Below the pieces are notes generated by a model that had not been told where the DNA came from, did not search any database, and saw nothing but the letters and a program-made list of their open reading frames with translations. From assembly GCA_025055635.1 (NCBI GenBank), contig JANWWQ010000006.1, forward strand, positions 1,116 to 65,115: a DNA stretch of 64,000 nucleotides, read 5' to 3'. Below, in pieces: positions 60,135 through 64,000 of this stretch; within the stretch, counting starts at the first letter, position 1, and every line of letters begins with the position of its first letter. This stretch comes from Flavobacteriales bacterium (GTDB lineage: Bacteria > Bacteroidota > Bacteroidia > CAIKAF01). The position numbers and the translations under genes are program-made.

Positions 60135-61648
60135 AAAAGACAGTGCAAGCAAGCGTGGGACGTATACCGTTCATATTTGAAGAGGATGCCTATGAGGTCC
60201 TCAAGGACTATTTACACGCAATTGAACAACACTTCTCACAAACCCCCGGAGGAAAGGAGGTGGCCGAAGATTTGGAAATGCGGGCGGGAGAACTTCTTAG
60301 GGAAACCGTTGCGGAAGGCTGCGTCGTGGTTTTGAACGACGTGCAAAAGCTCATGGAAAGATTAGGTTCCGTGAAAGATATTACGGGAGGACCAACTTCT
60401 TCTGCGCCTGCACCCAGGCCGGTCGTAAAACGGCTTTACCGCAACCCCGATGAACGGGTGCTGGGTGGGGTTTGCGGCGGCCTCGGCGCTTACTTTGGCC
60501 TGGACCCAGTGTGGTTGCGCCTGTTGTGGCTGGTGATGATATTTTTCATGGGCACAGGTCTTATTCTTTACCTTCTCCTGTGGCTCATAATCCCGGAAGC
60601 CCGTACGCCCGCCGAAAAATTGGAAATGAAAGGGCAACCGTTGACATTGGACCAGCTGAGCAAAAGCGTACAAGAGGAAACAAGCCGCATAATTCATCAG
60701 GTTAATACGAACCGCTGGAAGGTTTTCCTAAGAAACGTGGGCCAGTTTGGAGAGCAAATGATTGGTTATACCCGCCGGTTTCTTCAAAAAGTTTTTAGGC
60801 TATTGGGCGGCGTTCTATCGCTGTTATCAATACTGATAGCTGCTTTGATTCTGTTTTTTTTGGTGCAACTGATTGCCGGAGAACTTGCTGTTTTTAAAAT
60901 TAATCAGTCAGAGCTGGTTTTACATTCTCCGACCGACACGGTGGCCTGGATTTTTCCCACGCCGTGGGAGGGCTGGCTAACACTTGTGGCCCTGGTACTT
61001 TTTCTGGGCATTCCCTCAGTGATGCTGGCAGTTCATGGCATCCGATACCTGACGGGGCGGAAACAGGGTATGAGTTGGCTAAACATTCCACTTTTCACCG
61101 TGTGGCTATTGATGACCGGCCTGTTGGTGTGGAGTGGGATACGTTTGGCCCGACAGTTTTATTCACACCAGTACCATGAATACAACACGAGCTGGCCGAA
61201 TCATTGGAATGTGCTTAACATTTCCATGGCTTATCCTACGAATGAACAAGAAGGTCTTGTGCTGGAGGCCGTACAGCTCCACATATTCCGTAACACTCAG
61301 GACAGTTTGTGGGGCCTGACGCTTCAAAAAAACTCAGCAGGCCCCACCCCCACTCATGCTGCTGCTCTAGCTTCTGCTATCCAATACACCTTCCACCTGC
61401 GGGGCGATACACTGTGGCTCCCCCCTGTAATTTGCCTGCCGGTCGGTACCAAATACCGCGGCCAACATGTGGAAATTTTTCTGTACGTACCTGAGGGCGG
61501 GCGTCTCCGCTTTGACAGGCAAGCCGCCGAACATCTGGCCCATGTGCCCAACGTCCAGGGTCTTGAGGACGAGGAAATGGTGCCTTACGAGTGGGTGATG
61601 ACCGGGGCAGGATTATCTTGCGTGGGCTGTAAAAAGAAGGCTGAATAA
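60131..61648 (+). CDS. PspC domain-containing membrane protein
   Basis: KRLYR..DERVLGGVCGGLGAYF, YLLLWLIIPEA, EKLEMKG; typical padR-pspC pair. Confidence 0.9.
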   Translation: MKKTVQASVGRIPFIFEEDAYEVLKDYLHAIEQHFSQTPGGKEVAEDLEMRAGELLRETVAEGCVVVLNDVQKLMERLGSVKDITGGPTSSAPAPRPVVKRLYRNPDERVLGGVCGGLGAYFGLDPVWLRLLWLVMIFFMGTGLILYLLLWLIIPEARTPAEKLEMKGQPLTLDQLSKSVQEETSRIIHQVNTNRWKVFLRNVGQFGEQMIGYTRRFLQKVFRLLGGVLSLLSILIAALILFFLVQLIAGELAVFKINQSELVLHSPTDTVAWIFPTPWEGWLTLVALVLFLGIPSVMLAVHGIRYLTGRKQGMSWLNIPLFTVWLLMTGLLVWSGIRLARQFYSHQYHEYNTSWPNHWNVLNISMAYPTNEQEGLVLEAVQLHIFRNTQDSLWGLTLQKNSAGPTPTHAAALASAIQYTFHLRGDTLWLPPVICLPVGTKYRGQHVEIFLYVPEGGRLRFDRQAAEHLAHVPNVQGLEDEEMVPYEWVMTGAGLSCVGCKKKAE

Positions 61649-61745
61649 GCTGTTCTGGCTTTAAACACTCGGAATGCTTGTCTGAAGAGATGGTTCAAAA
61701 CTTAGAAATCCCTGCTGGCTGTTATCAAGCAACAGATTCTAACAA

Positions 61746-61771
61746 ATGAAAAAGCTGCCCTTCGGCAGCTT
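61746..61771 (-). terminator. Intrinsic terminator after tRNA-Gly
   Basis: Minus strand AAGCTGCC-GAAG-GGCAGCTT followed by a T tract. Confidence 0.85.
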
Positions 61772-61776
61772 ATCAG

Positions 61777-61849
<73 letters not shown>

Positions 61850-61892
61850 AAACAGGGCTACAAAATTACGACGAAAATGAATTTTTACAATA

Positions 61893-62663
61893 TCACTTTT
61901 TAAGCTTTTGAACCAATGCCATGAGAGCGGCCCGGGCGCCGGGCGACCACCAATGCCGAAGTGTTTCTCCGAAGCTGCTGTCAAAGCCACCTTGAATACT
62001 ACGTTCAAAGGCCTTACGAAGATTGCGCTTGGTTTTCTGAACGGTGTCCGGATCCAGTTTGGTGTAAGCCCCTGCTATCTCTAAAGCGGTGGGCACCACG
62101 CGTTCTTGCGCCACAACGGCATCCACTAGGCCTGCCTCCAGAGCTTCTTGTGGCGTGAGGAGCTTGCCCTGTAGTAGATACTGATAGGCCCTTCGTGGAC
62201 CCACCCACAGGGAATACAACACAAAGACAGGTTCAGGCACTACAATGCCCACAGGCACTTCGTTGAGACCAATGGTGAAGGGACCCTCGGCCATTACCCG
62301 GTGATCTGCACAAATGGCCAGAATGCAACCTCCTGCCGGACTATGCCCATTGATGGCGCAAACGAACGGTTTGGGAAATGTGGCCAGAACCTCAAGCATA
62401 CGGGCAAAAGCATGCCAAAACTCCTCTGAACGGGCCACGTCATAGCCAGAAATCTCAACGACGTCAAGACCAGCACTGAAAAAATTTCCTTCCCCAGTCA
62501 GTACCACAGCTTTCACTCCTTCATCGTGAGCCAGATCCTGAAACATCCGAATGATTTCTTCTATGAAGGCTAGGTTGAGGGCATTGGCTTTGGGACGATT
62601 AAGGCGGACCACCGGTATGGCAGCTGAACCTTCGCAGTGCAGATATTCAAAACGTTTTTCCAT
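61893..62663 (-). CDS. Enoyl-CoA hydratase/isomerase family (delta3,delta2-enoyl-CoA isomerase-like)
   Basis: LNRPKANAL, FSAGLD, NGHSPAGG, IGLNEV. Start at MEKRF (62663). Confidence 0.88.
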   Translation of the reverse strand: MEKRFEYLHCEGSAAIPVVRLNRPKANALNLAFIEEIIRMFQDLAHDEGVKAVVLTGEGNFFSAGLDVVEISGYDVARSEEFWHAFARMLEVLATFPKPFVCAINGHSPAGGCILAICADHRVMAEGPFTIGLNEVPVGIVVPEPVFVLYSLWVGPRRAYQYLLQGKLLTPQEALEAGLVDAVVAQERVVPTALEIAGAYTKLDPDTVQKTKRNLRKAFERSIQGGFDSSFGETLRHWWSPGARAALMALVQKLKK

Positions 62664-62747
62664 GGCTTTGTAAGCCAACCAAAAATACAATACAGCCGAA
62701 GCCATGCTTTGCCTTAATGTACTTTTGGACGCATAGCCGGCAGCTTT

Positions 62748-63491
62748 ATGCGCCACATACCCAATACGCTCACGCTCTGCAACCTGCTTTTAGGACTTGT
62801 AGCCCTAGGAATGGCAGTACAGGGACATGCGCTCACCGTATGGTACTTGATTTTAGGTGCTTCTCTGTGTGATCTCGCAGACGGGTGGATGGCCCGCCGC
62901 ATCAACGTCCCATCATCCATAGGAAAAGACCTGGATAGCTTAGCAGATTTAGTCACATTCGGCGCGGCACCAGCTCTCACTTTAGCTTTTTATCTCAAAG
63001 AATTATCCTCCCAATTGTCTGACTTTCCCTGGCTTTCAGAGATTAACATTAGTTCGGGGGGCACGGTGTCGTTACCTTATCTCTGGGGTTTGTGGCCTGC
63101 GCTGGGAAGTGCCCTTCGCCTGGCCCGCTTCAACAACGATCCGCGGCAATCCGAGTGGTTCCGTGGGCTTCCTACACCTGCCTCTGGCCTCTTTCTGCTG
63201 GCTTTTATTCTTTGGTTGAAAGAGGTGGTGCTTCCCGTGGAATGGATTCTTGCGGCTCTGGCTGTAGTTGCTTTGGCTTTGCCCATCTTGATGCTTTCTG
63301 CTTGGCCCATGCTTTCCCTTAAAGTCGCCCTTAAACCTCCTGTGTGGATACTTGTTGGGATTATCCTTGTCGGAAGCGGATTATTCAGTGCCTGGCTCAT
63401 TAATTTTGGGGCTTGCATTCCTATCATGGTCATGTATCTTACTGTTTCTCTTTTAGTTAAAAAGCATTTTTCCCATGAGGTTCATCGCTGA
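62748..63491 (+). CDS. pssA: CDP-diacylglycerol--serine O-phosphatidyltransferase
   Basis: IPNTLTLCN, DLADGWMAR, GKDLDSLAD, RLARFN, FRGLPTP. Confidence 0.88.
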   Translation: MRHIPNTLTLCNLLLGLVALGMAVQGHALTVWYLILGASLCDLADGWMARRINVPSSIGKDLDSLADLVTFGAAPALTLAFYLKELSSQLSDFPWLSEINISSGGTVSLPYLWGLWPALGSALRLARFNNDPRQSEWFRGLPTPASGLFLLAFILWLKEVVLPVEWILAALAVVALALPILMLSAWPMLSLKVALKPPVWILVGIILVGSGLFSAWLINFGACIPIMVMYLTVSLLVKKHFSHEVHR

Positions 63492-63726
63492 TGTTACCGT
63501 AATGCCTTTGGAGCAACTCCTGGACCCTCAGGGCAAAGCCGTAGAAATGGGGTTGGCCCAGATTGGAATTAAGGACATCAAAGCGGTGAGGGTGGGAAAA
63601 AATATCCGCATAGAATTGGAAGCCTCCAATACTGAAGAAGCCGAACAGAAAGTGAGGCAAGCCAGTGAACAACTCTTATGTAATCCCATTACGGAATACT
63701 TCACCTATCAAATTGTATCTAAATGA
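63475..63726 (+). CDS. purS: Phosphoribosylformylglycinamidine synthase subunit PurS
   Basis: LDPQGKAV, VRVGK, LLCNPITE. Confidence 0.93.
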   Translation: MRFIADVTVMPLEQLLDPQGKAVEMGLAQIGIKDIKAVRVGKNIRIELEASNTEEAEQKVRQASEQLLCNPITEYFTYQIVSK

Positions 63727-64000
63727 ATTTGAGAACTGAAAGTCGGGCTTTTTTAGAAAAATACCTCAATAACCCTTCTCCCACCGGTTTTGAATGGAAA
63801 GGGCAACAGATCTGGTTGGAATATCTGAAGCCTTACATTGACGGCTATGAGCTGGATGTATATGGGAGCGTAGCCGCGGTATTGAATCCAGGAACTTCTT
63901 ACCGTGTGGTTATTGAAGCCCATGCGGATGAAATTTCCTGGTTTGTTAATTATATATCTGAAGAGGGATTCATTTATGTGATTCGCAACGGAGGCAGCGA
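63723..64000 (+). CDS. M42 family aminopeptidase, 5' part only
   Basis: Manual translation MNLRTESRAFLEKYLNNPSPTGFE...IEAHADEISWFV...RNGGS; ATGA overlap with purS. Confidence 0.88.
   Translation, partial: MNLRTESRAFLEKYLNNPSPTGFEWKGQQIWLEYLKPYIDGYELDVYGSVAAVLNPGTSYRVVIEAHADEISWFVNYISEEGFIYVIRNGGS

Overview
Gene-dense housekeeping segment of a Bacteroidota chromosome, probably a Flavobacteriales/Bacteroidia-like environmental lineage. The assignment rests on TAnnTTTG promoters, absence of Shine-Dalgarno sites, porT, a T9SS cargo protein and DUF4295. About 55 CDS (ruvB, murA, trmD, ftsY, plsX-fabH, rpsO-pnp, acs, nadD, folE, parE, purN, ribosomal proteins and others) and one tRNA-Gly(GCC). No CRISPR array, prophage, integrase or transposase is visible. 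The least explained signals are: (1) a diverged, GC-rich, multi-hairpin intergenic repeat family with a GGGCRTGCC head, whose orientation appears to track local G/C strand skew; (2) six genes whose start codon lies exactly 4 nt after the -7 promoter element, suggesting leaderless mRNAs; (3) an A11 tract that switches PNPase between a short end and a long basic tail; (4) an AT-rich 3beta-HSD-like plus steroid 5alpha-reductase gene pair; (5) several orphan enzymes (His-substituted ColD-like dehydratase, Rieske oxygenase, ketosynthase, MbnH-like peroxidase, AFL-type lipase). All calls come from reading motifs by eye; no database searches were run.
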